Source: a virus (taxonomy: Duplodnaviria > Heunggongvirae > Uroviricota > Caudoviricetes). From it: 39,855 nt of DNA. Shown in pieces: positions 1-9,606 of the stretch; the stretch's first letter is position 1; every line of letters starts with the position of its first letter. The notes beneath the pieces are model-generated. The model did not search any database and had not been told where the DNA came from. It was given only the letters and a program-made list of their open reading frames with translations. The position numbers and the translations under genes were made by a program. The stretch lies in IMG/VR virus record IMGVR_UViG_2563366875_000003; one strand, written 5' to 3'.

Positions 1-1164
1 TTACGCCTTCTTTATATCCTCCATAATTCCAGAGTGGGACATATTTGGGACATTATCACCAAAAATGTCGTCTATTTTCCTCGCATGCTCTGTCAAATGA
101 TTAGGCGCAAGGTGAGCATACCTACGAACCATTTCTATGGACTCCCATCCGCCCATTTCCTGAAGCACTGATAATGGGACGCCTGACTGAATCAGCCAGC
201 TTGCCCAGGTGTGTCTGAGGTCATGGAAACGGAAATCTTCAATTCCTGCACGACGACAAGCTGATAGCCATGATGTCTTGCTGTCGATGCGCATCTTCCT
301 GACCGCAGGCGTTGATGTTCCATCTGCTCGCTTAGCCGCCTTGGTATGTACAAACACCCATTTGTGATGCTTGCCTATTTGATCACGCAACACTTTACAG
401 GCGGTATCGTTCAGCGCCACACCAATGGCGCGGTTTGATTTGCTCTCTTCTGGATTCACCCAGGCAACTCGTCGCTGCATGTCGATTTGTTGCCATTCCA
501 GATTTATGATGTTCGACTTTCTCAGACCAGTTGCCAGCGCAAACTTGACGACAGATTTCAGTGGTTCGGGGCACTCATCAATAAGGCGTTTTGCTTCCTC
601 CTTTTCCAGCCATCTGACTCGCTTGTTTCTGACCGCTGGTATCTTGATGACAGGCGCTTTTTCCAGCCACTTCCAGTCGCGTTCTGCAGCACGGAGAATG
701 GCCTTTATCATGGCAAGATGCTTTGCCTTTGTCTGAGTTGATACTGGCTTTGGTTCATAAACAGGCGGTTCTTTACCTTTCCTGATGGCGGCCTGAACTT
801 TCTGTTTCCATATTTCTTTCGTCTTTCTGTTATGCATTCTGCTTACAGCAGAGTAAATCTTTGCCTCCGAGATATCTTTAAGCCTTATACCCTCAAAATG
901 TTCAAGCCAGAACTCAATCCGGCTTTTATCTGAATCGAGAGATTTTTTATCAGCTTTTTCCTCAAGCCATCTTAGGCAGGCCTCTTCAAAAGTGACATCA
1001 GGTAAATCCCCTAGCTTTTCTACTCGCCAGAGTTCTGCTTTTCGCTTGTCGTGCAACTCCTGAGCTTGCCGCTTGTCCTTTGTGCCAAGAGATTCCTTAA
1101 TTCGTTTCCCGCCCGGGAGCGAATACGAGGCATACCATATTTCATTTCTGCGGAAGAGTGACAT
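1..1164 (-). CDS. int: Tyrosine site-specific integrase, P22/Sf6-like family (not lambda Int)
   Basis: 387-aa ORF with stop codon at 1-3. C-terminal catalytic motifs typical of tyrosine recombinases ([11 protein letters not shown]...[15 protein letters not shown]). N-terminus MSLFRR...WYASY resembles P22-family integrases as I recall them. First gene at the prophage left end. Confidence 0.9.
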   Translation of the reverse strand: MSLFRRNEIWYASYSLPGGKRIKESLGTKDKRQAQELHDKRKAELWRVEKLGDLPDVTFEEACLRWLEEKADKKSLDSDKSRIEFWLEHFEGIRLKDISEAKIYSAVSRMHNRKTKEIWKQKVQAAIRKGKEPPVYEPKPVSTQTKAKHLAMIKAILRAAERDWKWLEKAPVIKIPAVRNKRVRWLEKEEAKRLIDECPEPLKSVVKFALATGLRKSNIINLEWQQIDMQRRVAWVNPEESKSNRAIGVALNDTACKVLRDQIGKHHKWVFVHTKAAKRADGTSTPAVRKMRIDSKTSWLSACRRAGIEDFRFHDLRHTWASWLIQSGVPLSVLQEMGGWESIEMVRRYAHLAPNHLTEHARKIDDIFGDNVPNMSHSGIMEDIKKA

Positions 1165-1391
1165 TTTCTTTCCTCTGTTATGCCATCACCCGCGCTCACC
1201 TGGACAGTATGCAGCGGAGACTGAAGCGCCGCAATGCAGGCTTGCCGTGTTGTGAGGTAAGGAGATTTTGGCTTGGTTGGATCTTTACGTGTTGCCTGTA
1301 GGCGGCCTGTTCGTATCCAGTTGGTGGCGGTTGGTCTGGATATCTTAAGAAACTGACAGGCCTCATCGAGTGTGAGGCTGTATGATTCCAT
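1020..1391 (-). CDS. xis: Excisionase (Xis, AlpA-type HTH), overlaps the 5' end of int
   Basis: ORF 1020-1421; start chosen at the internal Met ([31 protein letters not shown], an HTH typical of Xis/AlpA). Position immediately upstream of int and overlapping it, as in P22-type int-xis modules. Confidence 0.7.
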   Translation of the reverse strand: MESYSLTLDEACQFLKISRPTATNWIRTGRLQATRKDPTKPKSPYLTTRQACIAALQSPLHTVQVSAGDGITEERKCHSSAEMKYGMPRIRSRAGNELRNLLAQRTSGKLRSCTTSEKQNSGE

Positions 1392-1641
1392 GGTTACCTC
1401 TGCTTTTTGAACGCATGTCACGTAACTTCTTAATGTGTTCTGCCGTTTCGATCTCTTCTGCTATCCGATCTGCATCAGCTTTATTCACAGGTTCAAAGTC
1501 ATGATTAAAGCGGAACATGCTGGCGATACATGTTCTGCCTTTTCGGATGTAGTGAACTTTGTTGTGGGTAGAACGCAGGATTTTGCAGGGAGTGCCGTGG
1601 TGGTCGACGTACCAGGTGTTAGGAAAAATGATTCTGAACAT
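1363..1641 (-). CDS. Hypothetical protein (92 aa), non-lambda, function unknown
   Basis: ORF in the track; occupies the position held by ea8.5/ea22 in lambda but I do not recognise any family. Co-oriented with the early-left operon. Confidence 0.4.
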   Translation of the reverse strand: MFRIIFPNTWYVDHHGTPCKILRSTHNKVHYIRKGRTCIASMFRFNHDFEPVNKADADRIAEEIETAEHIKKLRDMRSKSRGNHGIIQPHTR

Positions 1642-1688
1642 TTTTACACCTCAGTTGGACGATGTTGAAATTTGCTGCTTTGAGGCCA

Positions 1689-1907
1689 TCACAGTCCCCA
1701 TTGTTTGTTCTTAAGTTCGATCTCCTCCTGGCAACTTGCACAAGTCCGACAACCCTGAACAGCCAGGCGTCTTCGCTCATCTATCGGATCGCCACACTCA
1801 CAACAATGAGTTGCGGATACAGTCTGGTAGTTCAGACGACGCATTTTTATTGCTGTATTGCGCTGTAATTCTTCGATTTCTGATGCCGAATCAATGATGT
1901 CTGCCAT
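1689..1907 (-). CDS. TraR/DksA-family C4 zinc-finger protein (lambda orf73-like)
   Basis: 72-aa ORF with CxxC-(17)-CxxC (HCCECGDPIDERRRLAVQGCRTCASC), the DksA/TraR zinc-finger signature. Position matches lambda orf73 under the coordinate offset that fits exo/bet. Confidence 0.7.
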   Translation of the reverse strand: MADIIDSASEIEELQRNTAIKMRRLNYQTVSATHCCECGDPIDERRRLAVQGCRTCASCQEEIELKNKQWGL

Positions 1908-2005
1908 CTTCCATTAATCCCTGAATTGTTGGTTAATACGCTTGAGGATGAATGCGAACAATAAAAAAGGAGCCTGTAGCTCCCTGATGATTTTGCTTTT
2001 CATGT

Positions 2006-2317
2006 TCACCGTTCCTTAAAGACGCCGTTTAACATGCCGATCGCCAGGCTTAAATGAGTCGGTGTGAATCCCATCAGCGTTACCGTTTCGCGGTGCTTCT
2101 TCAGTACGCTACGGCAAATGTCATCGACGTTTTTATCCGGAAACTGCTGTCTGGCTTTTTTGATTTCAGAATTAGCCTGACGGGCAATGCTGCGAAGGGC
2201 GTTTTCCTGCTGAGGTGTCATTGAACAAGTCCCATGTCGGCAAGCATAAGCACACAGAATATGAAGCCCGCTGCCAGAAAAATGCATTCCGTGGTTGTCA
2301 TACCTGGTCTCTCTCAT
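2006..2317 (-). CDS. Small early-left ORF (lambda orf61 position); true start uncertain (2317 or internal Met at 2221)
   Basis: ORF in track, co-oriented with and adjacent to orf63/orf60a. Longer than the 61 aa I recall for lambda orf61, so the lambda/non-lambda junction may lie within or just left of it. Confidence 0.4.
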   Translation of the reverse strand: MRETRYDNHGMHFSGSGLHILCAYACRHGTCSMTPQQENALRSIARQANSEIKKARQQFPDKNVDDICRSVLKKHRETVTLMGFTPTHLSLAIGMLNGVFKER

Positions 2318-2489
2318 CTGCTTCTGCTTTCGCCACCATCATTTCCAGCTTTTGTGAAAGGGATGCGGCTAACGTATGAAATTCTTCGTCTGTTTCTACT
2401 GGTATTGGCACAAACCTGACTCCAATTTGAGCGAGGCTATGTGCCATCTCGATACTCGTTCTTAACTCAACGGGAGATGCTTTGTGCAT
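2298..2489 (-). CDS. Lambda orf63-like small protein
   Basis: 63-aa ORF at exactly the position and length expected for lambda orf63 relative to exo. Confidence 0.55.
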   Translation of the reverse strand: MHKASPVELRTSIEMAHSLAQIGVRFVPIPVETDEEFHTLAASLSQKLEMMVAKAEADERDQV

Positions 2490-2644
2490 ACAGCTCCCCG
2501 TTTATTATTTATCTCCTCAGCCAGCCGCTGTGCTTTCAGGGGATTTCGGATAACAGAAAGGCCGGGAAATACCCAGCCTCGCTTCGTAACGGAGTAGACG
2601 AAAGTGATCGTGCCTACGCGGATATTATCGTGAGGATGTTTCAT
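2462..2644 (-). CDS. Lambda orf60a-like small protein
   Basis: ORF 2462-2650 with start at MKHPHDN (2644); 60 aa; overlaps the exo stop in the ATGA style. Confidence 0.55.
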   Translation of the reverse strand: MKHPHDNIRVGTITFVYSVTKRGWVFPGLSVIRNPLKAQRLAEEINNKRGAVCTKHLPLS

Positions 2645-3321
2645 CGCCATTGCTCCCCAAATACAAAACCAATTTCAGCCAGTGCCTCGTCCATTTTTTC
2701 GATGAACTCCGGCACCATCTCGTCAAAACTCGCTATATACTTTTCATTCCGCTCAATCACGACATAATGCAGGCCTTCACGCTTCATACGCGGGTCATAG
2801 TTGGCAAAGTACCAGGCATCTTTTCGCGTCACCCACATGCTGTACTGCACCTGGGCCATGTAAGCCGATTTTATTGCCTCGAAACCACCGAGCCGGAATT
2901 TCATGAAATCCCGGGAGGTAAACGGGCATTTCAGTTCAAGGCCGTTGCCGTCACTGCATAAACCATCGGGAGAGCAGGCGGTGCGCATACTTTCGTCGCG
3001 ATAGATGATCGGGGATTCAGTAACATTCACGCCGGAAGTAAACTCAAACAGGGCTCTGGCGTCATTCTCGTACTGTTTTCCCCAGGCCAGCGCCTTAGCG
3101 TTAACTTCCGGAGCCACACCGGTGCAAATCTCAGCCAGCAGGGTGTGAAAGTAGGACATTTTCATGTCAGGCCACTTTTTTCCGGAGCGGGGTTTTGCTA
3201 TCACATTGTGAACTTCTGAAGCCGTGATGACGCCGAGTCGTAATTTGTTCCACGCATCATCTCCCTGTTCGACAGCTCTCACGTCGATCCCGGTACGCTG
3301 CAGGATAATGTCCGGTGTCAT
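2641..3321 (-). CDS. exo: Lambda exonuclease (Red-alpha, YqaJ family)
   Basis: 226-aa [27 protein letters not shown]...GEQWR, recognised as lambda Exo essentially end to end. Confidence 0.95.
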   Translation of the reverse strand: MTPDIILQRTGIDVRAVEQGDDAWNKLRLGVITASEVHNVIAKPRSGKKWPDMKMSYFHTLLAEICTGVAPEVNAKALAWGKQYENDARALFEFTSGVNVTESPIIYRDESMRTACSPDGLCSDGNGLELKCPFTSRDFMKFRLGGFEAIKSAYMAQVQYSMWVTRKDAWYFANYDPRMKREGLHYVVIERNEKYIASFDEMVPEFIEKMDEALAEIGFVFGEQWR

Positions 3322-4103
3322 GCAGCCACCTTCTGCTCAGTGGCTTTCTGTTTCAGGAATCCAAGAGCTTTCACTGCTTCGGCCTGTGTCAGTTCTGACG
3401 ATGCGCGAATGTCGCGGCGAAATATCTGGGAACAGAGCGGCAATAAGTCGTCATCCCATGTTTTATCCAGGGCGATCAGCAGAGTGTTAATCTCCTGCAT
3501 GGTTTCATCGTTAACCGGAGTGATGTCGCGTTCTGGCTGACGTTCTGCAGTGTATGCAGTATTTTCGACAATGCGCTCGGCTTCATCCTTGTCATAGATA
3601 CCAGCAAATCCGAAGGCCAGACGGGCACACTGAATCATGGCTTTATGCCGTAACATCCGTTTGGGATGCGACTGCTACGGCCCCGTGATTTCTCTGCCTT
3701 CGCGGGTTTTGAATGGTTCGCGGCGGCATTCATCCATCCATTCGGTAACGCAGATCGGATGATTACGGTCCTTGCGGTAAATCCGGCATGTACAGGATTC
3801 ATTGTCCTGCTCAAAGTCCATGCCATCAAACTGCTGGTTTTCATTGATGATGCGGGACCAGCCATCAACGCCCACCACCGGAACAATGCCGTTCTGCTTA
3901 TCAGGGAAGGCGTAAATTTCTTTCGTCCACGGATTAAGGCCGTACTGGTTGGCGACGATCAGCAATGCGATGAACTGCGCATCGCTGGCATCACCTTTAA
4001 ATGCCGTCTGGCGAAGAGTGGTGATCAGTTCCTGTGGGGCGACAGAATCCATGCCGACACGTTCAGCCAGCTTCCCTGCCAGCGTTGCGAGTGCTGTACT
4101 CAT
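3318..4103 (-). pseudogene. bet: bet (Red-beta, RecT-family annealase) interrupted by an in-frame amber codon
   Basis: Two same-frame ORFs: 3675-4103 (MSTALATLAGKLAERVG...REITGP then stop) and 3318-3656 (MLRHKAMIQCARLAF...EQKVAA). They are separated only by TAG (plus-strand cta at 3675-3677) plus six in-frame codons QSHPKR. Lambda Bet is one 261-aa protein with W at this codon. Confidence 0.9.
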
Positions 4104-4108
4104 CCGTT

Positions 4109-4405
4109 TTATACCTCTGAATCAATATCAACCTGGTGGTGAGCAATGGTTTCAACCATGTACTGGATGTGTTCTGCCATGCGCTCCTGAAACTCAACAT
4201 CGTCATCAAACGCACGGGTAATGGCTTTTTTGCTGGCCCCGTGGCGTTGCAAATGATCGATGCATAGCGATTCAAACAGGTGCTGGGGCAGGCCTTTTTC
4301 CATGTCGTCTGCCAGTTCTGCCTCTTTCTCTTCACGGGCGATCTGCTGGTAGTGACGCGCCCAGCTCTGAGCCTCAAGACGATCCTGAATGTAATAAGCG
4401 TTCAT
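4109..4405 (-). CDS. gam: Gam, short form GamS (RecBCD inhibitor)
   Basis: 98-aa [24 protein letters not shown]...[10 protein letters not shown], recognised as lambda Gam. Confidence 0.9.
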   Translation of the reverse strand: MNAYYIQDRLEAQSWARHYQQIAREEKEAELADDMEKGLPQHLFESLCIDHLQRHGASKKAITRAFDDDVEFQERMAEHIQYMVETIAHHQVDIDSEV

Positions 4406-4480
4406 GGCTGAACTCCTGAAAATGGCTGTGAAAATATCGCCCGCGAAATGCCAGGCTGATTAGGAAAACAGGAAAGAGGA

Positions 4481-4624
4481 TTAGTGAATGCTTTTGCTTG
4501 ATCTCAGTTTCAGTATTAATATCCATTTTTTATAAGCGTCGACGGCCTCACGAAACATCTTTTCATCGCCAATAAAAGTGGCGATAGTGAATTTAGTCTG
4601 GATAGCCATAATTGTTTGATCCAT
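4481..4624 (-). CDS. kil: Kil (host cell-division inhibitor)
   Basis: Internal Met of ORF 4481-4750 gives the 47-aa protein [47 protein letters not shown], matching lambda Kil. Confidence 0.8.
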   Translation of the reverse strand: MDQTIMAIQTKFTIATFIGDEKMFREAVDAYKKWILILKLRSSKSIH

Positions 4625-4757
4625 TTTTTGGGACTCCTGGCTGATTAAGTATGTCGATAAGGCGTTTCCATCCGTCACGTAATTTACGGGTGATTCGTTC
4701 AAGTAAAGATTCGGAAGGGCAGCCAGCAACAGGCCACCCTGCAATGGCATATTGCAT
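4593..4757 (-). CDS. cIII: CIII (FtsH inhibitor, stabilises CII)
   Basis: Hand translation from the ATG at 4757 gives [54 protein letters not shown] (54 aa). Below the 60-aa cutoff of the track. Confidence 0.8.
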   Translation of the reverse strand: MQYAIAGWPVAGCPSESLLERITRKLRDGWKRLIDILNQPGVPKNGSNNYGYPD

Positions 4758-4829
4758 GGTGTGCTCCTTATTTATACATAACGAAAAACGCCTCGAGTGA
4801 AGCGTAATTGGTATGCGGTAACGCCGCGC

Positions 4830-5198
4830 TCAGGCGGCTTTGACAGTCATATCATCTGGATCAAATATTCCTGATGTATCGATATCGGTAATTCTTATTC
4901 CTTCGCTACCATCCATTGGAGGCCATCCTTCCTGACCACTTCCATCATTCCAGTCGAACTCACACACAACACCATATGCATTTAAGTCGCTTGAAATTGC
5001 TATAAGCAGAGCATGTTGCGCCAGCATGATTAATACAGCATTTAATACAGAGCCGTGTTTATTGAGTCGGTATTCAGAGTCTGACCAGAAATTATTAATC
5101 TGGTGAAGTTTTTCCTCTGTCATTACGTCATGGTCGATTTCAATTTCTATTGATGCTTTCCAGTCGTAATCAATGATGTATTTTTTGATGTTTGACAT
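4830..5198 (-). CDS. ea10: Ea10 early protein
   Basis: 122-aa ORF MSNIKKYIIDYDWKASIEIEIDHDVMTEEKLHQINN..., recognised as lambda Ea10; position between cIII and ral. Confidence 0.7.
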   Translation of the reverse strand: MSNIKKYIIDYDWKASIEIEIDHDVMTEEKLHQINNFWSDSEYRLNKHGSVLNAVLIMLAQHALLIAISSDLNAYGVVCEFDWNDGSGQEGWPPMDGSEGIRITDIDTSGIFDPDDMTVKAA

Positions 5199-5225
5199 CT
5201 ATTCATATCCTCATAGATAAAAAAT

Positions 5226-5245
5226 CTCCCTCACACTGGAGGGCA
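5226..5245 (-). terminator. Candidate tL2-type intrinsic terminator (weak hairpin plus U-run on the leftward transcript)
   Basis: ccctc-acactg-gaggg hairpin followed on the minus strand by TTTTTT; lies between ral and ea10 on the pL transcript. Confidence 0.3.
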
Positions 5246-5380
5246 AAGAAGATTTCCAATAATCAGAACAAGTCGGCTCCTGTTTAGTTACGAGCGACAT
5301 TGCTCCGTGTATTCACTCGTTGGAATGAATACACAGTGCAGTGTTTATTCTGTTATTTATGCCAAAAATAAAGGTCACTA

Positions 5381-5581
5381 TCAGGCAGCTTTGTTGTTCT
5401 GTTTACCAAGTTCTCTGGCAATCATTGCCGTCGTTCGTATTGCCCATTTATCGACATATTTCCCATCTTCCATTACAGGAAACATTTCTTCAGGCTTAAC
5501 CATGTATTCCGATTGCAGCTTGCATCCATTGCATCGCTTGAATTGTCCACACCATTGATTTTTATCAATAGTCGTAGTCAT
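5381..5581 (-). CDS. ral: Ral (restriction alleviation, anti-restriction)
   Basis: 66-aa ORF MTTTIDKNQWCGQFKRCNGCKLQSEYMVKPEEMFPVMEDGKYVDKWAIRTTAMIARELGKQNNKAA, recognised as lambda Ral. Confidence 0.85.
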   Translation of the reverse strand: MTTTIDKNQWCGQFKRCNGCKLQSEYMVKPEEMFPVMEDGKYVDKWAIRTTAMIARELGKQNNKAA

Positions 5582-5651
5582 ACGGATAGTCCTGGTATTG
5601 TTCCATCACATCCTGAGGATGCTCTTCGAACTCTTCAAATTCTTCTTCCAT
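5565..5651 (-). CDS. Acidic 28-aa micro-ORF (lambda orf28-like) overlapping the ral start
   Basis: Hand translation: MEEEFEEFEEHPQDVMEQYQDYPYDYDY then stop, with an upstream SD-like AAGGTG. Not in the track (under 60 aa). Confidence 0.35.
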   Translation of the reverse strand: MEEEFEEFEEHPQDVMEQYQDYPYDYDY

Positions 5652-5775
5652 ATATCACCTTAAATAGTGGATAGCGGTAGTAAAGATTGTGCCTGTCTTT
5701 TAACCACATCAGGCTCGGTGGTTCTCGTGTACCCCTACAGCGAGAAATCGGATAAACTATTACAACCCCTACAGT

Positions 5776-6330
5776 TTGATGAGTATAGAAATGGATCCAC
5801 TCGTTATTCTCGGACGAGTGTTCAGTAATGAACCTCTGGAGAGAACCATGTATATGATCGTTATCTGGGTTGGACTTCTGCTTTTAAGCCCAGATAACTG
5901 GCCTGAATATGTTAATGAGAGAATCGGTATTCCTCATGTGTGGCATGTTTTCGTCTTTGCTCTTGCATTTTCGCTAGCAATTAATGTGCATCGATTATCA
6001 GCTATTGCCAGCGCCAGATATAAGCGATTTAAGCTAAGAAAACGCATTAAGATGCAAAACGATAAAGTGCGATCAGTAATTCAAAACCTTACAGAAGAGC
6101 AATCTATGGTTTTGTGCGCAGCCCTTAATGAAGGCAGGAAGTATGTGGTTACATCAAAACAATTCCCATACATTAGTGAGTTGATTGAGCTTGGTGTGTT
6201 GAACAAAACTTTTTCCCGATGGAACGGGAAGCATATATTATTCCCTATTGAGGATATTTACTGGACTGAATTAGTTGCCAGCTATGATCCATATAATATT
6301 GAGATAAAGCCAAGGCCAATATCTAAGTAA
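5776..6330 (+). CDS. sieB: Superinfection exclusion protein B (SieB), membrane protein
   Basis: 184-aa ORF with hydrophobic N-terminal segments, on the opposite strand between ral and N as in lambda. Confidence 0.8.
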   Translation: MMSIEMDPLVILGRVFSNEPLERTMYMIVIWVGLLLLSPDNWPEYVNERIGIPHVWHVFVFALAFSLAINVHRLSAIASARYKRFKLRKRIKMQNDKVRSVIQNLTEEQSMVLCAALNEGRKYVVTSKQFPYISELIELGVLNKTFSRWNGKHILFPIEDIYWTELVASYDPYNIEIKPRPISK

Positions 6331-6654
6331 CTAAGTAAGAGGAATCGATTTTCCCTTAATTTTCTGGCGTCCACTGCATGTTATGCCGCGTTCGCCAGGC
6401 TTGCTGTACCATGTGCGCTGATTCTTGCGCTCAATACGTTGCAGGTTGCTTTCAATCTGTTTGTGGTATTCAGCCAGCACTGTAAGGTCTATCGGATTTA
6501 GTGCGCTTTCTACTCGTGATTTCGGTTTGCGATTCAGCGAGAGAATAGGGCGGTTAACTGGTTTTGCGCTTACCCCAACCAACAGGGGATTTGCTGCTTT
6601 CCATTGAGCCTGTTTCTCTGCGCGACGTTCGCGGCGGCGTGCTTGTGCATCCAT
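6331..6654 (-). CDS. N: Antiterminator N
   Basis: Internal Met of ORF 6331-6744 gives a 107-aa protein with the arginine-rich motif MDAQARRRERRAEKQAQWKAAN; first gene downstream of pL. Confidence 0.9.
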   Translation of the reverse strand: MDAQARRRERRAEKQAQWKAANPLLVGVSAKPVNRPILSLNRKPKSRVESALNPIDLTVLAEYHKQIESNLQRIERKNQRTWYSKPGERGITCSGRQKIKGKSIPLT

Positions 6655-6764
6655 CTGGATTCTCCTGTCAGTTAGCTTTGAGTAACGCGCCGTGATGCTT
6701 ATCTCCACGGTTGCTGTCTTGCAGCTGCATTTCGCGCTACTCAAAGCCTTCTGCTTTGAATGCT

Positions 6765-6796
6765 GCCCTTCTTCAGGGCTAAATTTTTAAGAGCCT
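6765..6796 (-). promoter_or_regulatory. nutL (boxB hairpin GCCCTGAAGAAGGGC plus boxA-like GCTCTTAAAAATT)
   Basis: Read on the minus strand between pL and the N start. Confidence 0.6.
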
Positions 6797-6837
6797 CACC
6801 TTCAATGGTGGTCAGTGCGTCCTGCTGATGTGCTCAG

Positions 6838-6899
6838 TATCACCGCCAGTGGTATTTATGTCAACACCGCCAGAGATAATTTATCACCGCAGATGGTTA
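6838..6899 (-). promoter_or_regulatory. oL1-oL2-oL3 operators with pL
   Basis: Three 17-bp lambda operator sites: TATCACCGCCAGTGGTA (6838-6854), CAACACCGCCAGAGATA (6862-6878), TATCACCGCAGATGGTT (6883-6899). Confidence 0.85.
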
Positions 6900-7046
6900 T
6901 CTGTATGTTTTTTATATGAATTTATTTTTTGCAGGGGGGCATTGTTTGGTAGGTGAGAGATCTGAATTGCTATGTTTAGTGAGTTGTATCTATTTATTTT
7001 TCAATAAATACAATTGGTTATGTGTTTTGGGGGCGATCGTGAGGCA

Positions 7047-7072
7047 AAGAAAACCCGGCGCTGAGGCCGGGT
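7047..7072 (-). terminator. Intrinsic terminator downstream of rexB (timm-like)
   Basis: cccggc / gccggg stem with 6-nt loop, followed on the minus strand by TTTTCTTT, immediately after the rexB stop. Confidence 0.5.
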
Positions 7073-7506
7073 TATTCTTGTTCTCTGGTCAAATTATATA
7101 GTTGGAAAACAAGGATGCATATATGAATGAACGATGCAGAGGCAATGCCGATGGCGATAGTGGGTATCATGTAGCCGCTTATGCTGGAAAGAAGCAATAA
7201 CCCGCAGAAAAACAAAGCTCCAAGCTCAACAAAACTAAGGGCATAGACAATAACTACCGATGTCATATACCCATACTCTCTAATCTTGGCCAGTCGGCGC
7301 GTTCTGCTTCCGATTAGAAACGTCAAGGCAGCAATCAGGATTGCAATCATGGTTCCTGCATATGATGACAATGTCGCCCCAAGACCATCTCTATGAGCTG
7401 AAAAAGAAACACCAGGAATGTAGTGGCGGAAAAGGAGATAGCAAATGCTTACGATAACGTAAGGAATTATTACTATGTAAACACCAGGCATGATTCTGTT
7501 CCGCAT
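7072..7506 (-). CDS. rexB: RexB (exclusion / abortive infection, membrane component)
   Basis: 144-aa hydrophobic ORF directly downstream of rexA in the cI operon; recognised as lambda RexB. Confidence 0.9.
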   Translation of the reverse strand: MRNRIMPGVYIVIIPYVIVSICYLLFRHYIPGVSFSAHRDGLGATLSSYAGTMIAILIAALTFLIGSRTRRLAKIREYGYMTSVVIVYALSFVELGALFFCGLLLLSSISGYMIPTIAIGIASASFIHICILVFQLYNLTREQE

Positions 7507-7521
7507 AATTACTCCTGATAA

Positions 7522-8361
7522 TTAATCCTTAACTTTGCCCACCTGCCTTTTAAAACATTCCAGTATATCACTTTTCATTCTTGCGTAGCAATATGCCATC
7601 TCTTCAGCTATCTCAGCATTGGTGACCTTGTTCAGAGGCGCTGAGAGATGGCCTTTTTCTGATAGATAATGTTCTGTTAAAATATCTCCGGCCTCATCTT
7701 TTGCCCGCAGGCTAATGTCTGAAAATTGAGGTGACGGGTTAAAAATAATATCCTTGGCAACCTTTTTTATATCCCTTTTAAATTTTGGCTTAATGACTAT
7801 ATCCAATGAGTCAAAAAGCTCCCCTTCAATATCTGTTGCCCCTAAGACCTTTAATATATCGCCAAATACAGGTAGCTTGGCTTCTACCTTCACCGTTGTT
7901 CGGCCGATGAAATGCATATGCATAACATCGTCTTTGGTGGTTCCCCTCATCAGTGGCTCTATCTGAACGCGCTCTCCACTGCTTAATGACATTCCTTTCC
8001 CGATTAAAAAATCTGTCAGATCGGATGTGGTCGGCCCGAAAACAGTTCTGGCAAAACCAATGGTGTCGCCTTCAACAAACAAAAAAGATGGGAATCCCAA
8101 TGATTCGTCATCTGCGAGGCTGTTCTTAATATCTTCAACTGAAGCTTTAGAGCGATTTATCTTCTGAACCAGACTCTTGTCATTTGTTTTGGTAAAGAGA
8201 AAAGTTTTTCCATCGATTTTATGAATATACAAATAATTGGAGCCAACCTGCAGGTGATGATTATCAGCCAGCAGAGAATTAAGGAAAACAGACAGGTTTA
8301 TTGAGCGCTTATCTTTCCCTTTATTTTTGCTGCGGTAAGTCGCATAAAAACCATTCTTCAT
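7522..8361 (-). CDS. rexA: RexA (exclusion / abortive infection sensor)
   Basis: 279-aa ORF directly downstream of cI; recognised as lambda RexA. Confidence 0.9.
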   Translation of the reverse strand: MKNGFYATYRSKNKGKDKRSINLSVFLNSLLADNHHLQVGSNYLYIHKIDGKTFLFTKTNDKSLVQKINRSKASVEDIKNSLADDESLGFPSFLFVEGDTIGFARTVFGPTTSDLTDFLIGKGMSLSSGERVQIEPLMRGTTKDDVMHMHFIGRTTVKVEAKLPVFGDILKVLGATDIEGELFDSLDIVIKPKFKRDIKKVAKDIIFNPSPQFSDISLRAKDEAGDILTEHYLSEKGHLSAPLNKVTNAEIAEEMAYCYARMKSDILECFKRQVGKVKD

Positions 8362-8473
8362 AATTCAATCCATTTACTATGTTATGTTCTGAGGGGAGTG
8401 AAAATTCCCCTAATTCGATGAAGATTCTTGCTCAATTGTTATCAGCTATGCGCCGACCAGAACACCTTGCCGA

Positions 8474-9190
<717 letters not shown>

Positions 9191-9197
9191 TTAAATC

Positions 9198-9263
9198 TAT
9201 CACCGCAAGGGATAAATATCTAACACCGTGCGTGTTGACTATTTTACCTCTGGCGGTGATAAT
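9198..9263. promoter_or_regulatory. oR3-oR2-oR1 operators with divergent pRM and pR
   Basis: TATCACCGCAAGGGATA (9198-9214), TAACACCGTGCGTGTTG (9221-9237), TACCTCTGGCGGTGATA (9245-9261); pR -35 TTGACT and -10 GATAAT overlap oR2/oR1. Confidence 0.85.
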
Positions 9264-9278
9264 GGTTGCATGTACTAA

Positions 9279-9488
<210 letters not shown>

Positions 9489-9496
9489 ATAACCCC

Positions 9497-9527
9497 GCTC
9501 TTACACATTCCAGCCCTGAAAAAGGGC
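9497..9527 (+). promoter_or_regulatory. nutR (boxA CGCTCTTACA, boxB hairpin GCCCTGAAAAAGGGC)
   Basis: Directly downstream of the cro stop. Confidence 0.6.
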
Positions 9528-9606
9528 ATCAAATTAAACCACACCTATGGTGTATGCATTTATTTGCATACATTCAATCAATTGTTATCTAAGGAAATAC
9601 TTACAT

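Noticed and set aside
9547-9606. Extended cII start at 9547 from the ORF track (117 aa)
   Set aside because: The extension begins at a non-ATG codon inside the nutR/tR1 region. The ATG at 9607 has an SD (TAAGGA) and gives the canonical 97-aa CII.
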